A DNA stretch of 64,000 nucleotides from Microbotryum violaceum (taxonomy: Eukaryota). This document shows, piece after piece, positions 1 through 29,300 of the stretch. The position numbers and the translations under genes were made by a program. Position 1 is the first letter of the stretch. Every line of letters begins with the position of its first letter. A model generated the notes under the pieces. The model was not told where the DNA came from. It did not search any database and was given only the letters and a program-made list of their open reading frames with translations. Location: the NCBI GenBank assembly GCA_001244265.2, contig CDLV01000016.1, forward strand, positions 682,001-746,000, read 5' to 3'.

Positions 1-3000
1 AACGTGATAGTCGTTGGCAGCAGCAAGGGCGAGGAGGCAGCGAATGGAAGAGAAACGGGCGACGGGTGCGAACGTCTCCGAGAAGTCAATGCCGTCACGC
101 TGGCGGTTACCCTGCGCGACAAGGCGTGCCTTCCGCCCTGTGATATCACCCTGTGCATTTCGCTTGGTCTTCCAGACGAATTTGGAGGTGACGATGGTGG
201 TGCCCAGTGGTACGAGGAACGAGGCTCGATGGTGAACACTTTGAAATCGTCGCGCATGGCGGTGAACTCGTCGGAGGCGGCTTGAGCCCAGAGGGCGTGC
301 TCGTCGCTGGACATCGCTTTACGCCAGGTCTGAGGGTCGCTAGTGATCGATTTGACCGGCTCAATGGCTTCGAGGGTGGGGTCGTCGTCGTCGGTGGCGA
401 TGAAGGCGCGGTGATGACGAGAGAGGAAATCGATCTCATCAGGGGAGTCGTCGTCGGAGGGCTGTCCGGGGCCAACGGCGGGTGTGGGTGTGACCAGGGT
501 GTCGTCGTCGGATCGATGTACGTCCATCAGGCGGAGGCGAACCGCGGCGTCGGAGTTCAGAAGGTCAAGCGGATCATCCGAGTCCTCGATGGATGGTCCC
601 CCTTGTGAGGACGTGGCGGGAGACGAAATCGGGGCGAGCGACGGAGACGACGAGGGGCTGGTATCTGTAGAATTAAGTAAGGATCCGCCAGTGTACCCTG
701 GGGCCACGTCAACGGCGCTCATGGCAGAATCATCAAGAGGGGATGAGACGTCCATGTGCGCCGACCGTACTAGTGGGGTCCTCGGCTTGACGGCGGGGGC
801 GGGTGTGACGGCGGGGGTGTGCATGTCGGCGGTGTCAGGCGCTGGCGCGTCGGCGGGAATGACAAACTGGCGATCGGCGTCGTCCGCATCGACGGGCGTG
901 TTGACTGGTAGGCCGGGGAAGTCGTCGTCGAGGAAGGTGGCATTTCGGCCAAGCACAACCTTGTTGGTGGAATGGTCGAAGAACCGGAAAGCCTTGGAGG
1001 CGAGGTCGTAGCCAGTAAAAATCACGCGCGCGGCCTTGGGGTCGAGCTTGCTGCGAAGGTCCGGCGCGACCGTGAGCCAGGCCGCGCAGCCGAACGGGTG
1101 AAGGGCGGTGGTCGTGGTGCGTTGGCCGTTCCAAACGAATTGTGGAGTCTGTTTGGCCAAAGCTGAGTGTGAGCACCTGTTTTTGCAATAAACGAAGTAT
1201 GCAGCCGCTTCGTCCCAAAAGGTGGCCGGCAGGTGGGCGTCAGCAAGGAGGGCAAGGATGCCCTCGACGATGGAGAGGTTGACACGTTCGGCACGACCGT
1301 TTTGCTGAGGCGTGTATGGAATAGAGTATTGGCGACGAATGCCCCTGGACTGGCAGAACTCCGTGAACGCGTTGGATCGGTATTCGCCGCCGTTGTCGGT
1401 GCGAAGGATCCGTAGACGCGCGTCCGTTTCTAACTCCACTTCGGCGAGCCAAGTCTGGAAGGTCGGGAAGAGGTCGCTTTTGTGATCGATTGCGTATGCC
1501 CATAGTTTGCGAGAGTGGTCGTCAAGGAAGGTGACAAGATAGCGTTTCCCGGTCAAGGACGGAGTGGGAAACGACAGGACATCGCTGTGCACAAGACCAA
1601 GTCTCTCGGGGAATGTGACTCCGAGTCGGGAAAAGGAAGACGATGGCCTTTGGAACCAAGGCAAGCATTGCAAACAAACTCGTCTACGTCGTTGTCACTG
1701 TACCCGGCCCCAAACCCGTCCAGCAAACCTGCAGCAATCATCTTCTGTATAGAGGATGGAGCAAGGTGGCCGAGGCAGCGGTGGAGGGTAAGTAGGGGCA
1801 CGGTAGACTCAGAGCGTGAGAGAAAGGCAAGCTGCTGACATTTGGTGTGATCCGCGTCCAGGAGGTAGAGACCATCATTAACCCGTGTACCGTGAGCAAT
1901 GGCCTGGCCGTCCTTGGTGATGGCGATGCTGTCGCTGGTGAAGGCAAGTCGAACGCGGTCGGTGTCACAAAGGCGAGAGACGGAGAGAAGGTTGACGTGA
2001 AGGCCCAGTGCGTGCAGAACGCCGCGCAACGTGATCGGGTGTCCGGTGTTGGCAACAAACGGTACATCCCCCATACCAATGGCCGTGATACCGCCGGCAA
2101 TGCCGCCAATCTTGGTGTGTGCCGTCGGACGATAAGTTGTGAACAGGGAGCGGTCGGCGACCATGTGAGTCGTTGCGCCCGAGTCGACTACGAAGGCGTC
2201 GGTCGGGAGTTGGCGGCGGGCAAATAGGCAGGAGGCGAAATATCCGACGTTCGGTCGGTGAGCCGTGGAAGAAGACAAGTCGTCCTGGGCGTCGTCGCTG
2301 GTACGTGTCTGTTGGCCCCGGTTCTTGCAGTCGAGGGCCCAGTGACCTCGCTTTTGGCAGCGGCGGCAGGGGCCGGTGGGCGGATGCTTTGCACGTGAAG
2401 TGCAGTCGCGCAGGCGGTGGCCGGGGGCGCGGCAGGCGGGGCAAGAGGGGCGTCGGCGAGCATGGCCAAATGCGAAGCCGAGAGGCCGGCGGATCGGAGC
2501 TGAACGCGGATACGATCCGTTAAGGTCGTGAGCTCCGGGAGTTCGCGCTGGGCGCGCTGTTCGTCCGTGAACATTAGCCGGAAGCTGTCCAGGCAGGACG
2601 GTACCATGGCGAGGATGTGGGTGGCGAGGACGTCGTTCAGCGATGTCTTGGCGTCACGAATCTCTTGAGCAATGGCCATGTATTCGCGCAGCCAGGTGTC
2701 ATAGGCCTCGACCGAGGCGGGCATCTTCCGAAAGTCCCAAAGGCGGGCGAATAATTCGAGGGTGCGAGTGGCATCGTTCGGGGCGAAACGAGCCTTGAGT
2801 GCGGCGAAGATGCGTGGCGCCGACAGGTCGTCGCTTGGGATGGCGTCGAGGGTTGCCGAGACGTCGGCGGAGTCGATCGAGCCGACGATAATTTCCCGCG
2901 CGGCGTCGTCACGAGCGGCCAGCTGGTCGGCCGTCCACGTCGGGGGAACAACTCCATCAAGGACGTAACCACGAATCTGATTCGGAAGCGTGAGCCGGAG

Positions 3001-3649
3001 CTGGCGTAACCAGTTCGTGAACGACTTGGAGCCGTCTAGGCGAGCGTGCTTGGGAAAGACGACTTTTGATGCGGTGGTGGCGGCGGCGGCGGCGGCAGTG
3101 GGCTGCGAGGCAGCGGCGGCAGAGGCGGGGGCGGCAGGGGGCTGCGAGGCCTGCAGGGCGGCGAGCTGGGCCTGCAGGGTAGCGAGTTGATCGGTGATCG
3201 AAGACGCAAGAGGGCTGGGGTCCCTGGGGGACGAAGGCGTGGTGGGGTCGCTATTGTCCATTGTGCAATGGTGCGATGGGTGGGCGGCTCGAGTGGCTGG
3301 GCTCGAGGAAAATGCGAGCGAGCGGCGGGCTGGTAGCTCGTTGGGCTTATAACCTATTCGATCAACTCTACTACGTCAGCGATGTAGTTCTAGCCAAGAG
3401 TGATGAATCATTACAACATACCTATTCGATCAACTCTACTACGTCAGTGATGTAGTTCTAGCCAAGAGTGATGAATAGGAAGCTAACAGTGTGAGAGCCT
3501 CGCGCCCCCAAGTTTCCAGGCTCGCTCCGCGCGCCTAAGTCCTGAGCCGATGCGCCCAGCTCGCTCCGCGCGCCTAGGCCCTGGGCCGGTGTGCCTGGCT
3601 CGATCCGCGCGCCTAAGTCCTGAGCCGAGCGGAGAGTGGATTCCTCACA
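1..3649 (-). mobile_element. Ty1/Copia element, family A, copy 1 (3' part runs off the window)
   Basis: Gag ATG at 3261, zinc knuckle, protease [13 protein letters not shown]-pre-integrase LHRCLGH, integrase [20 protein letters not shown] start. 5' LTR 3355-3649 followed by PBS-like GGTTATAAGCCC. Confidence 0.95.
3355..3649 (-). repeat. Copia A 5' LTR, long form (295 bp, TG...TA) with a 55-bp duplication and ~36-bp GC-rich tandem repeats
   Basis: Matches 15174-15469 and 24578-24880, and the 68-bp shorter LTR at 10332-10558. Confidence 0.9.
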
Positions 3650-18903
<15,254 letters not shown>

Positions 18904-19538
18904 TATGAAGTTGTCACGCCTGCTCAAGCGGTGGTAAGTCTCTGATCGAAGGACCAAGGGAGACCAGACCAAGAAGTTGCTTGTTACACACCTGCTCAAG
19001 CACTACAGTAAGTTACCACATCTAGAGGGGTGAAAGATGATAGGAAGAGTAGTGCTCACCTGCTCAAGCGGTGGTAAGTCTCTGATCAAAGGACCAAGGG
19101 AGACCAGACCAAGAAGTTGCTTGAGCAGGAGAGAAACCAGAGTGGGGCCATTTGGCTGGGCCCAAGTCAGCCCAGCCAAAGTCAGGCGCACGGACCTGGC
19201 CCAGGTGCAGAGACCAGGCCCAGAGTGGGAGAGCTAAGGTGGTGAAAAGTAGGCCAAAAGTGATCAAAACGAAGAGAGGAGGATGTTGAGGTAGGTACAA
19301 GATACAAGAAGGACATGAAGGAGATATTTGATCTCACACCCCCCTACTTCGAGTATCAGGGAGCACAGATACCGAGTCGACCGCGGTGCCGAGCAAAGAG
19401 GTCGCGTGACAATGCTTTGGTGAAGATGTCCGCTGTCATCTCACCAGTGTTGATGTACTGGACGACGATGTCGCCCATGGAAACCATATCCCGGACGAAG
19501 TGTTCGCGCAGGCGGATGTGCCGAGTCCGAGCATGAAA
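18904..19538 (-). mobile_element. Copia C 3' LTR (18904-19338) plus RNase H end, truncated
   Basis: Near-identical to 7086-7721. Ends where a B LTR begins. Confidence 0.92.
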
Positions 19539-20936
<1,398 letters not shown>

Positions 20937-21371
20937 TATGAAGTTGTCACGCCTGCTCAAGCGGTGGTAAGTCTCTGATCGAAGGGCCAAGGGAGACCAG
21001 ACCAAGAAGTTGCTTGTTACACACCTGCTCAAGCACTACAGTAAGTTACCACATCTAGAGGGGTGAAAGATGATAGGAAGAGTAGTGCTCACCTGCTCAA
21101 GCGGTAGTAAGTCTCTGATCGAAGGACCAAGGGAGACCAGACCAAGAAGTTGCTTGAGCAGGAGAGAAACCAGAGTGGGGCCATTTGGCTGGGCCCAAGT
21201 CAGCCCAGCCAAAGTCAGGCGCACGGACCTGGCCCAGGTGCAGAGACCAGGCCCAGAGTGGGAGAGCTAAGGTGGTTAAAAGTAGGCCAAAAGTGATCAA
21301 AACGAAGAGAGGAGGATGTTGAGGTAGGTACAAGATACAAGAAGGACATGAAGGAGATATTTGATCTCACA
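20937..21371 (-). repeat. Copia C solo LTR, long form, without TSD
   Basis: Matches 7086-7520. Left flank is B gag, right flank is A pol. Confidence 0.92.
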
Positions 21372-24300
21372 TGGGACACCAACCGCGTTCGACTTGCCTT
21401 CACCAGCGACAGCATCGACATCACCAAGGACGGCCAGGCCATCGCTCACGGTACACGGGTTAACGACGGTCTCTACCTCCTGGACGCGGATCACACCAAA
21501 TGTCAGCAGCTTGCCTTTCTCTCACGCTCTGAGTCTACCGTGCCCCTACTTACCCTCCACCGCTGCCTCAGCCACCTTGCCCCATCCTCTATACAGAAGA
21601 TGATCGCTGCGGGTTTGCTGGACGGGTTTGGGGCCGGGTACAGTGACAAAGACGTAGAAGAGTTTGTTTGCAATGCTTGCCTTGGTTCCAAAGGCCATCG
21701 TCTTCCTTTTCCCAACTCGGAGTCACATTCCCCGAGAGACTTGGTCTCGTGCACAGCAATGTCCTGTCATTTCCCACTCCGTCCTTGACGGGAAACGCTA
21801 TCTTGTCACCTTCCTTGACGACCACTCTCGCAAACTATGGGCATACGCAATCGATCACAAAAGCGACCTCTTCCCGACCTTCCAGACTTGGCTCGCCGAA
21901 GTGGAGTTAGAAACAAACGCGCGTTTACGGATCCTTCGCACCGACAACGGCGGCAAATACCAATCCAACGTGTTCACAGAGTTCTGCCAGTCCAGGGGCA
22001 TTCGTCGCCAATACTCTATTCCATACACGCCTCAGCAAAACGGTCGTGCCGAACGTGTCAACCTCTCCATCGTCGAGGCGTCCTTGCCCTCCTTGCTGAC
22101 TCCACCTGCCGGCCACCTTTTGGGACGAAGCGGCTGCATACTTCGTTTATTGCAAAAACAGGTGCTCACACTCAGCTTTGGCCAAACAGACTCCACAATT
22201 CGTTTGGAACGGCCAACGCACCACGACCACTGCCCTTCACCCGTTCGGCTGCGCGGCCTGGCTCACGGTCGCGCCGGACCTTCGCAGCAAGCTCGACCCC
22301 AAGCCGCGCGCGTGATTTTTACTGGCTACGACCTCGCCTCCAAGGCTTTCCGGTTCTTCGACCATTCCACCAACAAGGTTGTGCTTGCCGAAATGCCACC
22401 TTCCTCGACGACGACTTCCCCGGCCTACCAGTCAACACGCCCGTCGATGTGGACGACGCCGATCGCCAGTTTGTCATTCCGCCGACGCGCCAGCGCCTGA
22501 CACCGCCGACATGCACGCCCCCGCCGTCAAGACGAGGACCCCACTAGTAAGGTCGGCGCCCATGGACGTCTCATCCCCTCTTGATGATTCTGCCATGAGC
22601 GCCGTTGACGTGGCCCCAGGGTACACTGGCGGATCCTTACTTAATTCTACAGATACCAGCCCCTTGTCGTCTCCGTCGCTCGCCCCAATTTTGTCTCCCG
22701 CCACGTCCTCAAGGGGGGACCGTCCATCGAGGACTCGGATGATCCGCTTGACCTTCTGCACTCCGACACCGCGGTTCGCCTCCGCCTGATGGACGTACAT
22801 CGATCCGACGACGACACCCTGGTCACACCCACACCCGCCGTTGGCCCGGGCAGCCCTCCGACGACGACTCCCCTGATGAGATCGATTTCCTCTCTCGTCA
22901 TCACCGCGCCTTCATCGCCACCGACGACGACGACCCCACCCTTGAAGCCATTGAGCCGGTCAAATCGATCACTAGCGACCCTCAGACCTGGCGTGAAGCG
23001 ATGTCCAGCAACGAGCACGACCTCTGGGCTCAAGCCGCCTCCGACAAGTTCACCGCCTTGCGCGACGATTTCAAGGTGTTCACCATCGAGCCTCGTTCCT
23101 CGGTACCACCGGGCGCCACCATCGTCACCTCCAAATTCGTCTGGAAGACCAAGCGCAACGCACAGGGTGATATCACAGGGCGGAAGGCACGCCTTGTCGC
23201 GCAGGGTAACCGCCAGCGCGACGGCATTGACTTCTCGGAGACGTTCGCACCCGTCGCCCATTTCTCCTCCATTCGCTGCCTCCTCGCCCTTGCTGCTGCC
23301 AACGGCTATCACGTTCATCAGGCTGACATCGACAAGGCTTACCTTCACGGCGAGCTCGATCGCGACATCTGGATGACGACGCCACGAGGCTTCGACTTCC
23401 CAAGCGACCAGGTTCTCCGGCTGCGGCGCTCGATCTACGGTCTTAAGCAGGCCGGTCGCATCTGGAATCGCCACATTGACACATTGTTCAGGAGTCTTGG
23501 GTACACGGCAACGGGCACTGATCACTGCATTTACTCTCGCATTGATGATCAGAAGCAGCCCCATTATATCGCATTATATGTTGACAATCTCCTCATTGTC
23601 AGCCCCACCCTCAACGAGATTGAGCGTGTCATCTCCGGCCTCGAACAGCGATACGGCGTCAAACGACTCGGCCCTGCAGAATACATCCTCGGCATCCAGA
23701 TTCGACGCCTGGAAGACGGCTCCATTGCTTTATCTCAGGAGCGCTACATCATGGACGTGCTCGCCCGCTTTCACTTCGACACCACAACGCGCGGCGCTAC
23801 GGTGCCAATGACGCCCGGCCTCTCGCTCACGGCAGTACCGGGTCAGGGAACGGAACGCATTCGGTCGTGGTACCTGCAAGCCATCGGCTCCCTCCTATAC
23901 ATTTCACTCGGCACTTGCCCCGACATTGCCTTCGCCGTCTCGTACCTGTCCCGGTTCGCCAACAACCCCGGCCGCCGCCATTGGGTCGCCGTCAAACACG
24001 TCCTTCGCTACCTTTGCGCTACGTACCGTGATGAGCTACTCTACGCCTGCGGTCCAGCCAAAATTACAGGGTGGTTGGCTATTCCGATGCAAACTGGGGT
24101 GCCTGCGTTGACACGTCAATCTCCACAATGGGCTTCGTCTTTTACTTGGCCGGCTCCGCCGTCTCTTGGTCATCGAAGTGTCAGACTCGGGTAGCAGATT
24201 CCACCACTGATGCCGAATACCTCGCCTTGTCGCATGCTGGTAAGGAAGCGATTTACCTTACACAACTCCTCTCTGAGCTCCACGTTCGCCCGGTCGATGC

Positions 24301-24880
24301 GGCTCACATTTTCACGGACAACGAGGCCGCGGCCGCCGTTGCCCACGACCCCGTTCACACCTCTGGCACCCAACACATACGCCTCCGCGAGCACTTTGTT
24401 TGCGACATGGTCCACCAAGGCGATATCTCCCTCTCACACGTCGGCACAGCGAACATGGTTGCGGACATATTCACCAAGGCGCTAGGTCCCAAGATTTTTG
24501 GTGTACATTGCTATGCTCTAGGCCTCCGGACGAGTCACCCACGGCTCAATTCTACCTCGCGTTCGCGTGGGGGGGGGTGTGAGGAATCCACTCTCCGCTC
24601 GGCTCAGGACTTAGGCGCACGGAGCGAGCCGGGCGCATCGGCTCAGGACTTAGGCGCGCCGAGCAAGCCTGGGACTTAGGCGCATCAGCTCAGGACTTAG
24701 GCGCGCGGAGCGAGCCTGGGGAACTTGGGGCGCGCGGCTCTCACACTGTTAGCTTCCTATTCATCACTCTTGGCTAGAACTACATCGCTGACGTAGTAGA
24801 GTTGATCAAATAGGTATGTTGTAATGATTAATCACTCTTGGCTAGAACTACATCGCTGACGTAGTAGAGTTGATCGAATA
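21372..24880 (+). mobile_element. Copia family A, copy 3, 5'-truncated and degenerate, with long 3' LTR 24578-24880
   Basis: Reverse-complement homologue of A copy 2. INT, RT and RNase H motifs, G-run PPT, then TGTGAGGAATCC...GATCGAATA. Confidence 0.93.
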
Positions 24881-25160
24881 CTTTCTGCACAATGTTCTTG
24901 AGTTGCGCAATGGGTAAGTGCGCAAGGCGATGGTGCAGAGTCAGCAAGGAAACTCTGTGAGGGGTGGCAAGGAGAGCATTGGGCATACAGGGTGAGGGTG
25001 CAACATTTAACGCATACAGGTCATTTGCAACGGCTTGAGCAGTGGCAACAACGGTGCCACAGGAGTTGCTGATCTTGGTGCAGCCGGAGCCAAAGGAGAT
25101 GCTGAAACCAAGGTGATCCAAGTGTTGGACAGACAGCAGATTGCATGGCAGGGAGGGCAC
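24881..25160 (-). mobile_element. Degenerate Copia family E fragment (protease end and GAG-pre-integrase)
   Basis: NLLSV...LLTLHHRLAHL. Continues at 34384 across the G1 insertion. Confidence 0.8.
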
Positions 25161-26345
25161 TGTAAGGCGCGCGCCTTACTACGGGCCACAGGCACTAGAA
25201 ATAGAGATCGCATGCACCTAGCTTCTTCAGTTCCCTCCTCATTGGGCTGACACCAGAAGCTAGTTGCAATCCATATAACTTGCACCTGTCAGCTTAGGTC
25301 GCCAGTGAGGCTTGAGAGTGATCTCGTGCCTTTCACTTTTTTTTTTGACAGTGTTGAGTTCATTGGTACCCCGATGATACGGCCTACGTTCATCAGGCCC
25401 GGCCGTATTCAAACCATAAACCCATCAACTAACCCAGATCGGTCGAGGCAAGCCGATCCCACAACCATAGCACGCACACCCCCAGCCCCAGCACAGCCCA
25501 GCACGCCCACACACGCACCGCCTTCGCATGCCTCACCAGCCGCCCCCGCACAATCTCTGTGCACCATGTCCACGTCCACTGCCCCTAGCCCCAGCCCCGC
25601 GTACAAGCCCAATGACCCGCCCCAACTCCACAGCACTTATGCACCGCATCCCTTTCCCCCCTTACCCGTCTCCCTACTTGGTGCTCATGGCCCTCTCCTT
25701 GCCTCCGCCCTAGTTGATTTGGGATTGCCACAAACATTTGTCAGTAAGGAGCTTGTTCAGTAATTGGGTTTGGAAAGGCGCGCCCTGGAACCGCACTCAA
25801 AGTACACCCTTGCAATGCAAATCCAAGTGCCCACTGTCTTCAGCTGCACGCATTTTGTTTGAGTCACGCTCGATCTGGCCAACGGGCTCTGGACCGCAGG
25901 ACCGACGTACACCGAGGTAGCGCCCCTCGGGAAGGACCTTGAGATCATCCTGGGAGGCAACTTCATCTATCGGCACATGATGGAGCTTGGCCTTTTCCCT
26001 CAGCCACACCTTACCTGCAAAGCCAACCCCATACACTCTATTGACCTGCTGGTGCTGTCATCCCAGCCGTGCGTTACCGCGCGGGTTGCCGCAATTGCTC
26101 CGGTTGTTGACACCAAGGAACAGCTCCGCCTTTCCATGCTTGACCATTGCCTCTGAGCGGAGTTTGCCGACCGTTTTCCCGCGGATATCCTGCCTGTACA
26201 CTTGTACCAATCCCCGGTGCGACACCACATTGAGCTTGACAATCCGGCCACTGTCGTCAACCTTTGGGGATACCCCCTCCCAAAGAAGTATCGCAAGGCA
26301 TGGCACTTACTGCTACAGGAACATCTCGCGGCCGGTCGCCTCCGC

Positions 26346-29300
26346 TGTAAGGCCCGTGCGCCTGGGCCTTAGGAAGAGGGGACGCGCGCCTGGGCACTCT
26401 TAGTCTCTCTCCAGCGACTGATACGAGTGTCCAGGTGAGCACAAGGTGGATCAGAAGGCATTGTCATACCAGCGACTGATACGAGTGTCCAGTGTCAATT
26501 CTACATACTTTGGTCCTGTGATCCTTGTCGTCGTCGCTCAGGTGTACACTCCAACGGGGTGTATTACACTTTTTTTTTCACACCGGTCAAAGACGCACAC
26601 TGCCACGTGCGCCAACGACACACCCACGGAACGAACAAACGACAACGAACGGTAACAGACGAACATGGCGCGTGGCAAGAACTCCAAGAACTCCACCGCC
26701 CAACCAGCGCCACCATCGGCACCAGAGGAAAGGGAGGACAGCTCGGACGATGAACAGGAGGTTGCAACGATGCCAAGGGGCATGAAGCTCAACGCGCCCA
26801 AGCTTGCGAACGGCACGAAACTCACTCTCTCCTCGATCTGCGCATTCCTCAACGACATGGACAACATGTTCTTCCAGTACCAAGTGAAGAACATGCGACT
26901 AAAGATAATGTTCATCGCCAACCACATTGAACACAAGGCGCTCAAGGATTGGCTGGTGACGGCGACGGAGGAACGCACGTGGGACGAGCTTAAGGTCGCC
27001 TTCATCCGCAAGGCACTACCCTTGGATTTCGCCTTCACGACAGAGCAGCGTATTCGCCACAGCCACCAAGGCAACCACGACTACGCGACGTGGGCTTCGG
27101 GACTTCGGGCCTCACAGTTGCAGCTCGGCCAGACCGCCCTCAGCGACATCGAGTTCATCAAGATCCTACTGTTCAACATGGACCCTCAATTGAGCGTTGT
27201 TCTACGACAGAACGACCTTCTGTTGGGTACTGGCCTACACCAAGATGATTTAGACTACGTGGCGGCTTCAAAGGCGGCGCTCCCCAAGCTCAAGACATTA
27301 TCTTACGAGGTGTTCGAGCGATTGGCAAGATCCCAATGGAATGTGATCATAGCGGTTCGTCCTGTAGCAACTCCCCGAACGCAAACCTCGACTACGAGCC
27401 CAAAGACCAGCTCTGGCCGACCTTTTGTGACCTCAGCGACCACTCGACGCAGGCCGACAAGACTCACGGACCCAATGAAGGATTATCTCTCGGAGAAGGA
27501 GGGATGCTTTAGCTGCAGACGCATCAACACGGATCACCGCGCGAGCGACTGTACAGCCAACTGGCAGCAGGCACCGGATGTCCCGGAGGGGTGGGCCGAA
27601 TTCGAAAAGAAGACGGCGAAAGCGGCTAAGAACAACACCCTCCATCAAATTGCGGAAAACTCAGAAGACGACATCTCAACGGACGAAGAAAACGAGTACG
27701 CCCCTCAGTTCATCTCCACCATTCCCATCACTCTGCACAACAACACGAAGTCAAAGACGTTGCAGGCACTTGCTGACTCTGGGGCCTCTTCCTCCTTTAT
27801 CGCAGATAAGGTGGTTGAGAAACTGGGGTTAGTCATGCATCGTCTCCCTGTTCCTACATTGGTCAAAACTGCAATCAAAGGCCAAGCACGCGCGTTTCAT
27901 GTTACCTCGTTTGTAAAGATTCCGATCATGCTCGAGAATGGCGCATGGGAAGCGGGACACACGATTCTGAAGGTGGCTAAACTGCAGGAGCCCTTGGAAG
28001 TGGTACTGGGGTTCAACTTCCTTGTAAAACACAAGGTTACCATTGACTTCGCGGCACACAAGATCCTGGTGCCACATCCGACCATGCCTGACGTAAAGAT
28101 CGACCTTCTTGCGCCGGTCTTCGGACCCCACCCCCAGCGAGCCGCGGCGAGGAATGCCAAACGAAGCGATAAAGCTCGGATCAACTGGCGTGCAGTGATT
28201 GCCTACATCGACGGGGTCCAGCAAAGGGAAACGGAGTTGACGGAGTTGCGACGGCGGGAGGCAAAGCTACGGGTCGAGTTCGCGGATCGGTTCCCGGGGG
28301 ATATTCCTCCGGTTTCGACATATGAATCACCGGTCCGACACCGAATCGAGCTGAAGGACGGAGCAACAAAACCGAACTTGAAGGGTTATCGAGCGGCACA
28401 CCGTTACCGGGAAGCCTGGAAGCGCCTGATTGATCAGCACGTTGCCAATGGCCGCCTTCGAAAGTTGTCATCAGAGTTCGCGTCCCCGGCGTTTGTCATC
28501 CCAAAGAAAGGTATGGATAAGGACCCGTCAATCCAACCACGCATGGTCTGTGACTACCGAGTACTCAACGAAGGGACGGTCCGAGATCGCACACCTCTAC
28601 CACTTCCGGACGAGATTCTGTCGGTCTGCTCAAACGCGCGATTCTGGGGGAAGATCGACATGACAAACTCCTTCTTCCAAACCAAAATGGCCGAGGAAGA
28701 CATCCGGAAGACGGCGATTGTAACACCGTGGGGATTGTACGAGTGGACGGTAATGCCAATGGGACTCTGCAACGCCCCGGCAACGCATCAGCGCCGAGTC
28801 AACGAGGCACTCGGAGACCTTATCGGGAGCGTGTGTTTCGTGTACCTCGATGACATCACAATCTTTGCCGACACCTTGGAGGAACATGAACGACGGGTGC
28901 GACTCGTCCTGGAGGCGCTGAGACGGGCGGATCTGTACGTATCGCCGAAGAAGACGGAACTGTTTGCTGCCGAGTGCTTTTTCCTCGGCCACCAGATCAC
29001 TCGGGAAGGCATCAAGGTCGATCCTGACAAGGTGGAGCGGATCCATCAGTGGCCGCGACCAAGGACGGTGAAGCAATTGCGGGGATTCCTAGGTCTGGTG
29101 CAGTATCTGCGGAAGTTCATCGACAAGCTTGCGGATTTGACAGCGGTTTTAGTCCCGCTGACACGGAAAGGGGTGCATGTCGACGAAGGCTGGACGGGAG
29201 AGCACGACAAGGCGTTTGAGGCAATCAAGTCCTTGGTGGGCAACCTTCCTTCTCTACATCCCATTGACCATTCCGACAAGGGCGACCCATTATGGCTGAT

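Noticed and set aside
1600-1620. Programmed frameshift before the integrase core, shared by all three A copies
   Set aside because: It falls in a C-run and the assembly has many homopolymer indels. Family B is in frame here. It cannot be distinguished from error or inherited decay.
3354-3476. CRISPR-like repeat-spacer reading of the LTR duplications
   Set aside because: Only two units, inside eukaryotic LTRs, with no cas genes.
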